From: Pseudomonadota bacterium | Lineage (GTDB): Bacteria > Bdellovibrionota_B > Oligoflexia > Oligoflexales > CAIMVM01 | Direction: 5' to 3' | Assembly: GCA_037142195.1 (NCBI GenBank) | Contig: JBAXBA010000007.1 | Span: 10,232-74,231, forward strand | Length of the DNA: 64,000 nt | Shown: one piece after another, positions 18,151-27,064 of the stretch | How the letters are laid out: each line of letters begins with the position of its first letter | Position numbering within the stretch: the stretch's first letter is position 1 | Made by a program: the position numbers and the translations under genes | The notes under the pieces: generated by a model | Databases searched by the model: none | What the model saw: only the letters and a program-made list of their open reading frames with translations | Told to the model about the DNA's origin: nothing

Positions 18151-18563
18151 ATTTCACCACCAGGCGGCATGAAGGGACGTCTCCAATAGTGTGGGCTAAG
18201 GTTATCCAAAGTAATAGTCATGGCCTTAGTACTATCGCTCCCTTGAGGAACTGCTACCTCGACACCGCCTCCCCAAAACCAAAGCCGTTCTTGGCAGACC
18301 CCACAAGGGCTTAAAATATGACACTTCTCTTTGTCATCAAAAGAAATGCAAACAGAAAGCGCAACTTGCTTTCCCTTTTTATAAGCTTCGCAAATTCCAC
18401 CGGTTTCATGGCATAGAGAAACCGATTCATTGACTGTTTCAGGAGAGGTTGAAATCAATATCTCTCCATCCTTGCAAAGGATGGCGGCAGCGCCTTTCCA
18501 GGTGGTGTCGGCAAATCTGCTTTTGACAAATGACTTCGCTTCACTGATCAAATTCTCAATCAT
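18147..18563 (-). CDS. Cytidine deaminase-like zinc enzyme
   Basis: CHE and SPCGVCQERL zinc/catalytic motifs; overlaps both neighbours. Confidence 0.8.
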   Translation of the reverse strand: MIENLISEAKSFVKSRFADTTWKGAAAILCKDGEILISTSPETVNESVSLCHETGGICEAYKKGKQVALSVCISFDDKEKCHILSPCGVCQERLWFWGGGVEVAVPQGSDSTKAMTITLDNLSPHYWRRPFMPPGGEI

Positions 18564-19914
18564 ATATCACTCCATCTCCCTGAAACCTTTTTGGTAGTCC
18601 AAATACAAAATTGGCTCCTCCCAAATCTTTTGACTGCCCTGCTTGGATGTAACCGCCATGCCCGCGAACTATTTTGCCGGTAATATAGAGGCCAAGACCT
18701 GCCCCATTCGCTTTGGTCGATCTTGTAGGCTTAAAGAGGGGCTCGATGTCAGCGGGCAGGCCGGGGCCGGAATCTTCTACACAGACCTGGACTAGTCTCT
18801 CATCTGTCCTAAGCACTGAAACCCGCACTTCTCGAACGGCTTCTGACTCAATGCTTACAGGAATTGCATCAATACCGTTTCGGATCAGATTGGCTAGTGC
18901 CCTTTCTAATTGAACAGGATCGTGAGGAACGTCTATTTTTTCACCACGTAGGCGAAAATCGATATTAACTCCCTTATTTTTTGCCTGGTCGCGATTCGCA
19001 TCAATGGCCCCTTCAATTGTCTGGCTTAAATTATTAGAAGCTGAGTGAATAGGAATTTCTCTGCTGCCATCGAGTGTAAGTTCAATAATTCGCTTCATTT
19101 TTGGAAGGTTAGTTGCACTCGCTCGGTAGAGAGCCTCTAGTCGCTCACTTCTTTTCTCAAGATCGTTTTGCTTTTCCTTCACCAACTCGGTAGCGGTTAG
19201 CAAGGAGTGCAGAAATGTCCTGATGTCGTGAACTACACCTTTTGCAAGCATCGCAAAGACAGCCTGCTCGCGTGCATCAAATGACTCTGCAAGGCTTCTT
19301 GCTATCTCTTTTAACTCATCGGGCCAATGGTCAGGGATGTTGCTTCTTCGCTCAGCGGCATTGACCAGGGAATTGATTGGTTCAATAACAAATCGCCGCA
19401 AAAACATTCGTTGAAGGATAAGTCCAGTTACCAGGGCGAGGAATATAGGAATTGCGCTCCACATGAGCAAGAATAGATTTAGAAACGACCATAGCGGCCT
19501 CAATGGCTGTCCTAAAGCGATATACGCCCCTGTATCTGTGTGGGGAACTTTCCGATAGAACTCAATCTTACCAGCTCGCAAATGATAGCAGCTCTCTTCT
19601 TTCGGTGCCCCGCATGTAGCCTGGTCGCTTACAATCTGAATTGAATCCAATGTCAATTGTTGCTTAAGAAGCTGAAGTACGGGCTCTAAAGAGCCGTTTT
19701 CAGCCAATATAATTTCGGCAGAAGCACGACGCGCAGCGATTATTGATTTCTGCTCTAGATCTGACGCCAGCCGCTCTTTGCTATTTTGGTAGTCAAGCCA
19801 GCCAAGCAGGACAAAAACGATTAAACTCGCAACGATGGCGAGAACACCTGGTCCTATCCAGGAAAGAAGGACATAGTCGCGAAGGCGGCGACGATATTTG
19901 CGGATTCCTATCAC
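18556..19914 (-). CDS. Membrane sensor histidine kinase
   Basis: Two TM helices around a periplasmic domain, H-box VVHDIR, N-box NLIRNGIDA, DSGPG, GAGLGL. Confidence 0.92.
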   Translation of the reverse strand: MIGIRKYRRRLRDYVLLSWIGPGVLAIVASLIVFVLLGWLDYQNSKERLASDLEQKSIIAARRASAEIILAENGSLEPVLQLLKQQLTLDSIQIVSDQATCGAPKEESCYHLRAGKIEFYRKVPHTDTGAYIALGQPLRPLWSFLNLFLLMWSAIPIFLALVTGLILQRMFLRRFVIEPINSLVNAAERRSNIPDHWPDELKEIARSLAESFDAREQAVFAMLAKGVVHDIRTFLHSLLTATELVKEKQNDLEKRSERLEALYRASATNLPKMKRIIELTLDGSREIPIHSASNNLSQTIEGAIDANRDQAKNKGVNIDFRLRGEKIDVPHDPVQLERALANLIRNGIDAIPVSIESEAVREVRVSVLRTDERLVQVCVEDSGPGLPADIEPLFKPTRSTKANGAGLGLYITGKIVRGHGGYIQAGQSKDLGGANFVFGLPKRFQGDGVIYD

Positions 19915-21063
19915 CTATAGACCCCTACTTGTTTTAAGAAATGAAATGTTTCCATTTTCAAGGTTGTAAATACTGGTTCCCCAGGGCGCGGAATAAAGCT
20001 TCCGTCCCACTTTCTTGAAGCCAGCAACAAACTCAGTGCTATTTTCTGGCTTAGAGTCGCACAATAGTTGAGCAGTCGAATCAAAGACTCGAAGAATCGC
20101 GATGGCAGAGCTGCTGCCGTAAGTGTCTGCCGGGCCAGCTTTCAAAATCTCTTTGCCTATTGAGAAAGTTTTCAAAGAAGCATCAATCGACGGATTTCCC
20201 CGAACAGTGAAACCAGCAGTACTTCCGATGTCCTCGCGATTTTGAACAAATCCAAACCTAGAATTGCCCCAGCCATCGCCCCCAACAAAAAAAGCATTGG
20301 GTAAAGCAAGATGAATTGCGGAGATTAGATGACTTGTGACGATTGAGTAGTTAGGTAAAAGAACGAATGACGGTTTGTATTTTGAAAGTTCAGCAATGAT
20401 AGGAGCCATATTCGGAGCATCGCCCACAATAGAAATTTCTCCGGATTTCTTTAAACCTAAAGAAGTAGCTCGCACGTCGAAATGCTTTGCGAAGTCCTTG
20501 CATGAAAGGCAGTCCGCGCTGACTATCGAAACATAGGCTTTAGAAGATTTGGGGTTAATACGAATCGCAGCTTCTTCAGCGGCCGTGTGCGCCATTGCCG
20601 AGTTGGGTGGTGCTAGGCTAAGATGAAGACTTCCCAAGGTGGATACTTCATCCGAGGAAGCCATAAGACTAACTGACGGCACATTTGGCGCACCTTTAGC
20701 AAGTAGCAGATAGTGGTTGCTCCGGCGGGGGCCAACAATCATCCAAGCACCTTCCTTTGTCGATTTTTCGGCGTGCTCTCTTGCCTGAATGGGGTCACTT
20801 GCGCCGTAGAACGAAGCTGTTGGCGAGATCTCAAATCCACATGAGCTTAATCTTTGGGCTGTAAGTTCTTTGCCCTTAGCAATCGCAGATTCGTATTCTT
20901 GCTGGAATCTTTGAGACGAGGTTGTATCTTTTGGATCCAAGGCTTCTATAAAAACTAGCTTTACTTTCGTAGGAGTTTGCAAATTAGCCAAAGCTCTTTT
21001 GCCGAAATAACAGGTGGCTAGAAGGATCAATCCAAGACTTTTAATCATGAAATTTTCCGCCAT
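19915..21063 (-). CDS. Periplasmic ligand-binding protein (type I, branched-chain amino acid-binding-like)
   Basis: Signal peptide, IVGPRRS, VLLPNY, FVGGDGWG pattern; no ABC permease or ATPase genes nearby. Confidence 0.72.
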   Translation of the reverse strand: MAENFMIKSLGLILLATCYFGKRALANLQTPTKVKLVFIEALDPKDTTSSQRFQQEYESAIAKGKELTAQRLSSCGFEISPTASFYGASDPIQAREHAEKSTKEGAWMIVGPRRSNHYLLLAKGAPNVPSVSLMASSDEVSTLGSLHLSLAPPNSAMAHTAAEEAAIRINPKSSKAYVSIVSADCLSCKDFAKHFDVRATSLGLKKSGEISIVGDAPNMAPIIAELSKYKPSFVLLPNYSIVTSHLISAIHLALPNAFFVGGDGWGNSRFGFVQNREDIGSTAGFTVRGNPSIDASLKTFSIGKEILKAGPADTYGSSSAIAILRVFDSTAQLLCDSKPENSTEFVAGFKKVGRKLYSAPWGTSIYNLENGNISFLKTSRGL

Positions 21064-21425
21064 ACGATAGTAGCTTTACCGTAAGACTCCTGCGGAGTGG
21101 TGATGGTCAACAGGTCGCCGTTTAGGGAAGCGAAGCGAACCATCTGTTTACCCACTCGGGATGAATTTGAAGCCAAGGTCACCTGATGGCGGATGCAGTT
21201 CTCTTCTAGCAAGTAGGTACCGGCGTAAAACAGGATTGAATCAATAAGATCATTTTCGGGGTTCCCGGTGCTGACGATGTCTTTATTGATTGCGACACTG
21301 ACATGGCCGGTCGCCGAGTAAATTAACAGGCCGCGAGCATTAGTGCCCCACGGACGCTTCCCTTTTTCGGGGCTGTCGATCTCGAACGACTCAAGCTCCC
21401 AAGATCCGATTGGATTCAGATTCAT
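21045..21425 (-). CDS. Lipocalin-like domain protein (Lipocalin_5-type, no signal peptide)
   Basis: IGSWELESF (GxW), GLLIYS..G.VSV, YAGTY, C-terminal IVWRK. Confidence 0.8.
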   Translation of the reverse strand: MNLNPIGSWELESFEIDSPEKGKRPWGTNARGLLIYSATGHVSVAINKDIVSTGNPENDLIDSILFYAGTYLLEENCIRHQVTLASNSSRVGKQMVRFASLNGDLLTITTPQESYGKATIVWRKIS

Positions 21426-21520
21426 TCTATTGCTCCGTATAAAAGTCTCGACACGCTATGTATATTTGATATCTTACACTTGTCAAGTCCCAGTATTTAT
21501 ATGAGATTCAAGTATCGTCT

Positions 21521-21536
21521 TGAGACTTGAGTCTCA
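21521..21536. promoter_or_regulatory. Palindrome TGAGAC-N4-GTCTCA in the divergent promoter region
   Basis: Perfect 6-bp arms; contains the same GAGTCTCA found upstream of the transfer operon. Confidence 0.55.
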
Positions 21537-21618
21537 TAGCTCTAAACCAGTCAATTACTTCGTGTTTACTTGTCATTGATTGTCGTGGACAATAACTCAT
21601 AGGCCCTCGCTGGAGATA

Positions 21619-21846
21619 ATGATGGCACCTGAAGAGCGCTGGCTTTCGGGCGAGGAAATTGCTGTGCACATGGGCGTTTCTAAGGAAACTGTCTATCGCT
21701 GGCTGGATTGTGGAACGATCCGCGCTCTCACCGCATTGGGAAGCTGTGGGGGTTCAAAACTTCAGAAATGGGCGAGTGGGTCAGGAATGGCGGCGCCGCA
21801 GAACCCGCTAGTCGCAGTGAGAAAGGAGGTGGGCGTAAATGGTTCT
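21619..21846 (+). pseudogene. Excisionase-like HTH_17 DNA-binding protein, frameshifted near 21720-21730
   Basis: MAPEERWLSGEEIAVHMGVSKETVYRWL continues in another frame as HRIGKLWGFKTSEMGEWVRNG. Confidence 0.75.
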
Positions 21847-24808
21847 TAATGAAGCAAAAATTGAAGAGTCTCTCATCGAACGGCTCCAAGATTTGAAATA
21901 CACCTACCGCCCGGACATACGAGATCGGGAATCACTTGAAAGAAACTTTCTTGAAAAGTTTGAAGCTCTCAATCAAGTCAAACTTTCCAACTCTGAGTTT
22001 GAGCGACTCAAAGAAGAGATTGTTACCGCGGATGTCTTTAAGGCAGCCAAGACATTGCGCGAGCGAAATACCTTCATCCGTGAAGACGGCACGCCCCTTC
22101 AATATACGCTGGTTAACATTAAGGACTGGTGCAAAAACGAGTTTGAAGTCATTAACCAACTTCGCATCAATACAGCTAATAGCCATCATCGCTACGACGT
22201 AGTACTTTTGATCAACGGGGCTCCTATAACTCAGATTGAGCTAAAGACACTTGAAATCAATCCCCGTCGAGCGATGGAGCAGATCGTTGAATATAAAAAC
22301 GATACGGGCAATGGGTACTCTAACACACTTCTGTGCTTTCTTCAGATTTTCATCGTCAGTAACAAGAACAACACTTATTACTTCGCGAACAATCATAAAC
22401 AACATTTTGCATTTAACGCAGAAGAACGATTTCTGCCCATCTATCAACTTGCAGATGAAGCGAATAACAAAATCACGCACCTTCATGACTTCGCCGAAAA
22501 GTTTCTTTCCAAATGTAAATTGGGCGAACTGATAAGTCGGTACATGGTTCTCGTGGTAAGCGAACAAAAGCTCATGATCATGCGTCCGTACCAAATCTAT
22601 GCTGTGAAGGCGATCATTGAGTGCATCAAACAGAATCGCGGCAATGGTTACATCTGGCACACGACGGGATCAGGTAAAACTCTAACTTCGTTTAAGACTT
22701 CGACCCTCCTAAAAGAGAACAATGACATTCACAAATGCTTGTTCGTTGTGGACCGAAAAGACTTGGACCGCCAAACGCGCGAGGAATTCAATAAATTTCA
22801 AGAAGGCTGCGTTGAGCAAAACACCAACACGGGCGCTTTGGTTAAGAGACTTTTATCCGATGATCATGCCGACAAAGTCATCGTCACCACAATTCAGAAG
22901 CTTGGAATCGCGCTTAGCGAAAGCAAATGGAAGGATAAACTCGCGTCTTTGAGCGACAAGCGCATGGCAATCATTTTCGATGAATGTCACCGCTCTCAAT
23001 TTGGCGAAAACCATAAAGCCATTAAGACTTTCTTTCCAAATGCGCAGCTCTTTGGATTTACCGGCACGCCGATCTTCTCAGAAAATGCTAACTACAAGCA
23101 GATCGATGGCACTGAGGCTACCTACAGAACAACGCAAGATATTTTCGAAAAAGAACTTCACGCCTATACCATCACCAACGCCATTGATGATCGGAACGTT
23201 CTTCGATTTCATATTGATTACTTTAAGCCGGAAATCGAAAGCGAGCTAAAATCAAAACGGAAGATTGAACCGAGCGAGACAGTGACAAAAGAAGCCGTTG
23301 TCCGAGCTGTTTTGGAAAAGCACGACAAGGCGACGAACGACCGCAGATTCAACGCGATTCTTGCTACCTCATCCATCAATGACGCCATTGATTACTACAA
23401 CCTTTTCACTGAGCTGGAAGATGAGAGACGAAAAGTCGATGATTCTTACTTTCCTCTCAATGTGGCCTGTGTATTTTCACCGCCAGCCTACGGCAATCAA
23501 GATGTAAGGCAGCTCCAAGAAGATCTACCCCAGGAGAGCCAAGACAATCAGATCGATCCTGATAAGAAGTATGCAGCAATCGCACACATCATGGATGATT
23601 ACAACGCTCTCTTCGGCACGAATCATCGTGTTGAAGAATTTGACCTCTATTTCCAAGACGTCCAGAAGCGAATCAAAGATCAACGATTTTCAAATCAAGA
23701 CTACCCTCGCCGGAACAAAATCGACATTGTGATTGTCGTCGATATGTTGCTAACTGGCTTTGACTCCAAGTATCTCAATACTCTCTATGTTGATAAAAAT
23801 CTAAAATACCACGGCCTAATTCAGGCATTTTCGCGAACAAATCGCGTTCTAAACGACATCAAGCCTTACGGAAACATACTTGACTTCAGGAGCCAGCAAT
23901 CGGCAGTCGATGGGGCGATTAAACTCTTCTCTGGAAAGAAAGGCGAGCAGGCCAAAGAGATTTGGCTTGTAGAATCAGCGCCAAAAGTGATCAAAAAACT
24001 GAACTCGGCAGCAAAATCTTTGGAAGACTTCCTGAAGGAGCAAAACCTGCCATGCTCACCTGACTCCGCACACAAACTAAAAGGCGACGAGGCCAGAGCT
24101 GAGTTTTTAAACAAGTTTAAAGAAGTCCAGCGCCTCAAGACTCAGCTTGACCAGTACACAGACCTCACACCAGAGCAAAAGACGACTGTTGAAAAGGCAG
24201 TGCCGGAAGAAGAACTGCGCGGATTTCGAGGGGCTTATCTTGAGATTGCCAGAAATTTTAAAGACAAGAGAGGAAAAGACGATTCTGGCGGTGCGATAGA
24301 GCAGCTTGATTTTGAATTTGTTCTTTTTAGTTCAGCGATCATTGATTACGACTACATCATGAAACTGATTGCCCAATATTCGCAGGGCAAGTCAAAGCAC
24401 AAGATGACTCGTGATCAATTGATTGGTCTTCTCGCCGCTAATTCCAACTTCATGGAAGAGCGTGACGATATCATTTCCTATATCAATACGCTCAAGGCGG
24501 GAGAAGGCTTGACGGAGGAACAGGTTAGCGAAGGATTCAAGAGGTTCAAAGATCAGAAAACATGGACAGTCATTGCGGGTATCGCCACAAAGCACGGCCT
24601 TGATGCGGGCGTGCTGTATGAGTTTGTGGAAAGCATCATAGATCGCATGATTTTTGATGGTGATAAGCTGAGCGATCTAATGGAGCCGTTTGATCTTGGA
24701 TGGAAAGAGCGCACTGAAAAAGAAGTTGCATTGATGAGAGATTTGATTCCGCTCTTCAAGAGGCTTGCGAATGGACGGGAAATTTCAGGGTTGGCAGCTT
24801 ATGAGTAG
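21839..24808 (+). CDS. hsdR: Type I restriction endonuclease subunit R
   Basis: QIELK nuclease motif, HTTGSGKT, DECHRS, FGFTGTP, DMLLTGFD, QAFSRTNR. Confidence 0.96.
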   Translation: MVLNEAKIEESLIERLQDLKYTYRPDIRDRESLERNFLEKFEALNQVKLSNSEFERLKEEIVTADVFKAAKTLRERNTFIREDGTPLQYTLVNIKDWCKNEFEVINQLRINTANSHHRYDVVLLINGAPITQIELKTLEINPRRAMEQIVEYKNDTGNGYSNTLLCFLQIFIVSNKNNTYYFANNHKQHFAFNAEERFLPIYQLADEANNKITHLHDFAEKFLSKCKLGELISRYMVLVVSEQKLMIMRPYQIYAVKAIIECIKQNRGNGYIWHTTGSGKTLTSFKTSTLLKENNDIHKCLFVVDRKDLDRQTREEFNKFQEGCVEQNTNTGALVKRLLSDDHADKVIVTTIQKLGIALSESKWKDKLASLSDKRMAIIFDECHRSQFGENHKAIKTFFPNAQLFGFTGTPIFSENANYKQIDGTEATYRTTQDIFEKELHAYTITNAIDDRNVLRFHIDYFKPEIESELKSKRKIEPSETVTKEAVVRAVLEKHDKATNDRRFNAILATSSINDAIDYYNLFTELEDERRKVDDSYFPLNVACVFSPPAYGNQDVRQLQEDLPQESQDNQIDPDKKYAAIAHIMDDYNALFGTNHRVEEFDLYFQDVQKRIKDQRFSNQDYPRRNKIDIVIVVDMLLTGFDSKYLNTLYVDKNLKYHGLIQAFSRTNRVLNDIKPYGNILDFRSQQSAVDGAIKLFSGKKGEQAKEIWLVESAPKVIKKLNSAAKSLEDFLKEQNLPCSPDSAHKLKGDEARAEFLNKFKEVQRLKTQLDQYTDLTPEQKTTVEKAVPEEELRGFRGAYLEIARNFKDKRGKDDSGGAIEQLDFEFVLFSSAIIDYDYIMKLIAQYSQGKSKHKMTRDQLIGLLAANSNFMEERDDIISYINTLKAGEGLTEEQVSEGFKRFKDQKTWTVIAGIATKHGLDAGVLYEFVESIIDRMIFDGDKLSDLMEPFDLGWKERTEKEVALMRDLIPLFKRLANGREISGLAAYE

Positions 24809-25988
24809 AGAAGCAGGAAAGTTTGCAGCACCAAGACTGAGGTTTCCCGAATTCTCCAATGCGGGGAATTGGCAGGAAAAAAACTTTCAAGATTTGTTCG
24901 AGATCGGGAGTGGAAAGGACTACAAGCATTTAAATGTGGGCGACATCCCCGTTTATGGATCTGGCGGCTACATGCTCTCCGTTGATTACTATTTGCACGA
25001 AGGTGAGAGTGCTTGCATTGGTCGAAAAGGAACTATCGATAATCCGATTTTTCTTACTGGCAAATTTTGGACTGTAGATACACTTTTCTACACGCACTCC
25101 TTTAAGGGGTGCTTGCCAAAATATATCTTTTACATCTTCCAAAGGATTGAATGGCGCAAGCACAATGAGGCGGGCGGAATTCCTAGCTTATCTAAAGAAA
25201 TCATAAACAAGATTAAAACTTTTGTACCTCCCAAAATTGAGGAGCAGAAAAAAATCACTGACTGCCTTTGCTCCATCGACGAGCTAATCACCGCTCAAAA
25301 CGATAAAGTCGCCGCGCTCAAAGCTCATAAAAGAGGGATTCTGCAACAACTTTTCCCTCAAGAGGGCGAGGCAATCCCGAGACTGCGGTTTCCTGAGTTC
25401 GCGAAAGATGGTGATTGGAGCTTGTATACGCTTGGTGAGATTTCTAGTTATGAAAATGGCAAGGCTCATGAGCAGGATATTACTGATGACGGCAAGTATA
25501 TTGTGGCTAATTCAAAGTTCATTTCGACTGATGGTGAAGTCAGAAAGTTCACAAACACACCTTTCCTCGTTGCAAACCAGAACGATATCCTGATGGTGTT
25601 AAGCGACGTCCCGAATGGACGAGCAATTGCACGATGCTACTACGTTGAAAGAAATGACTATATAACTATCAATCAACGCATTTGTAGAATTATTGCGGAG
25701 GAAGTTGAAAGTTATTTTCTGTTCTACGTCCTCAATAGAAATCCTTACTTTTTGAAATACGATGATGGCGTTAAACAAACTAATTTGAGCAAGGGTGATG
25801 TTCTAAATTGCCCAGTCTTTGTACCCGCAAGTAAGGATGAACAACGAAAGATTGTGGGCACACTTTCATCTATTGATTCTTTAATTTTGGCGGAAACTGA
25901 AAAAGCTGCGTCGCTTGTCGCGCACAAACGAGGTCTTCTCCAACAACTCTTTCCGGTTTTGCAACGCGAATTTCAAGGGGGTGACTAA
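24801..25988 (+). CDS. hsdS: Type I R-M specificity subunit
   Basis: Two TRDs with PRLRFPEF and EQ.KI...KRG.LQQLFP conserved repeats; likely start ATG 24801. Confidence 0.95.
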   Translation: MSREAGKFAAPRLRFPEFSNAGNWQEKNFQDLFEIGSGKDYKHLNVGDIPVYGSGGYMLSVDYYLHEGESACIGRKGTIDNPIFLTGKFWTVDTLFYTHSFKGCLPKYIFYIFQRIEWRKHNEAGGIPSLSKEIINKIKTFVPPKIEEQKKITDCLCSIDELITAQNDKVAALKAHKRGILQQLFPQEGEAIPRLRFPEFAKDGDWSLYTLGEISSYENGKAHEQDITDDGKYIVANSKFISTDGEVRKFTNTPFLVANQNDILMVLSDVPNGRAIARCYYVERNDYITINQRICRIIAEEVESYFLFYVLNRNPYFLKYDDGVKQTNLSKGDVLNCPVFVPASKDEQRKIVGTLSSIDSLILAETEKAASLVAHKRGLLQQLFPVLQREFQGGD

Positions 25989-27064
25989 TGTCACTCGACC
26001 GAATAGCAGAGGAGGTAAAGAGCATAAATAAGAACATCACTCTGATTTATGCCTTCAATACAACCGGAAAAACACGTCTCTCAATAGCGTATAAAAACCT
26101 TACAAAGGACGCGAGTTCTGGTGTTCACGCAGGAGTTTATTACAACGCCTTCAGCGAAGACTTGTTCACCTGGGACAATGACATCGAAAACGATGAAGCC
26201 AACATACGATTGCTTGTCAAGAGTAGCAGTCTAAGCAGGCTACACTCTTCATTTACCGAAGAAAATGTCATGAGGAAGCTGGAACAATACAAACCCAGAT
26301 TTAACTTCTTTTTTGACTATCACGACGATGTTCAGTTGGGAATCAAATCGATTTCATTCCATTTGCCCGAGAGTGAAAATCAAACAATCAAGATATCAAG
26401 GGGTGAAGAAAGAATTTTTATCTGGTGCCTTTTCCTAGCTATGTTTGAAGTTGAGGGATGGACTGATGTGCAAAACAGCCATTTTTTTATTGATGACCCA
26501 GTTTCAAGTCTCGACCATCACAATATTTTCATTACCGCAGCCACTTTATACCAATTGATCGAGCGCTATTACGAAAAAAGAAAAATCATTATCACTACCC
26601 ATCACATCGGTCTCTTTTCGATTTTAGCGGATTGGCTCACAAAGGGCGAAAAGAGTGATCGTTACAAACCCGTCACCGCGCTGAGGATTTTGTCTCGGAA
26701 AGACGGTACGCTCGCCCTTGAAACCAATAAAAGCGACGTTTTTCTTCACCATCTTCATTTAATCCAGATCCTAAACAATGCGGTTAAAACGGGGTTGGAG
26801 TCTTATCACTTCGCGCTTTTAAGGCAGATACTTGAAAACATTTCATCATTTCTTGGCGTTGGCCGCATAAGCTACGTTCTTGAGCAAATTGGGATAGAAA
26901 ATCCGGGTGAAAATTTGCGAATCGTAAACAACCTCTCCCACGAGAATGTTTACAGATTGAAACCAGTAAGAATGCATCCTGACAACGAGGAACTATTTTT
27001 TAACATTTTTATCAAACTGAAAGAGAAGTATCAGTTTGTTACCCATTCGGAGTCTAATTCATGA
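25988..27064 (+). CDS. prrC: PrrC-type anticodon nuclease (ABC ATPase + HEPN)
   Basis: IYAFNTTGKTRLS, YYNAFSEDLF.WDND, SRGEE, FIDDPVSSLD, IITTH, YHFALLRQILE, RIVNNLSH all match E. coli PrrC motifs; located inside the hsd locus. Confidence 0.88.
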   Translation: MSLDRIAEEVKSINKNITLIYAFNTTGKTRLSIAYKNLTKDASSGVHAGVYYNAFSEDLFTWDNDIENDEANIRLLVKSSSLSRLHSSFTEENVMRKLEQYKPRFNFFFDYHDDVQLGIKSISFHLPESENQTIKISRGEERIFIWCLFLAMFEVEGWTDVQNSHFFIDDPVSSLDHHNIFITAATLYQLIERYYEKRKIIITTHHIGLFSILADWLTKGEKSDRYKPVTALRILSRKDGTLALETNKSDVFLHHLHLIQILNNAVKTGLESYHFALLRQILENISSFLGVGRISYVLEQIGIENPGENLRIVNNLSHENVYRLKPVRMHPDNEELFFNIFIKLKEKYQFVTHSESNS

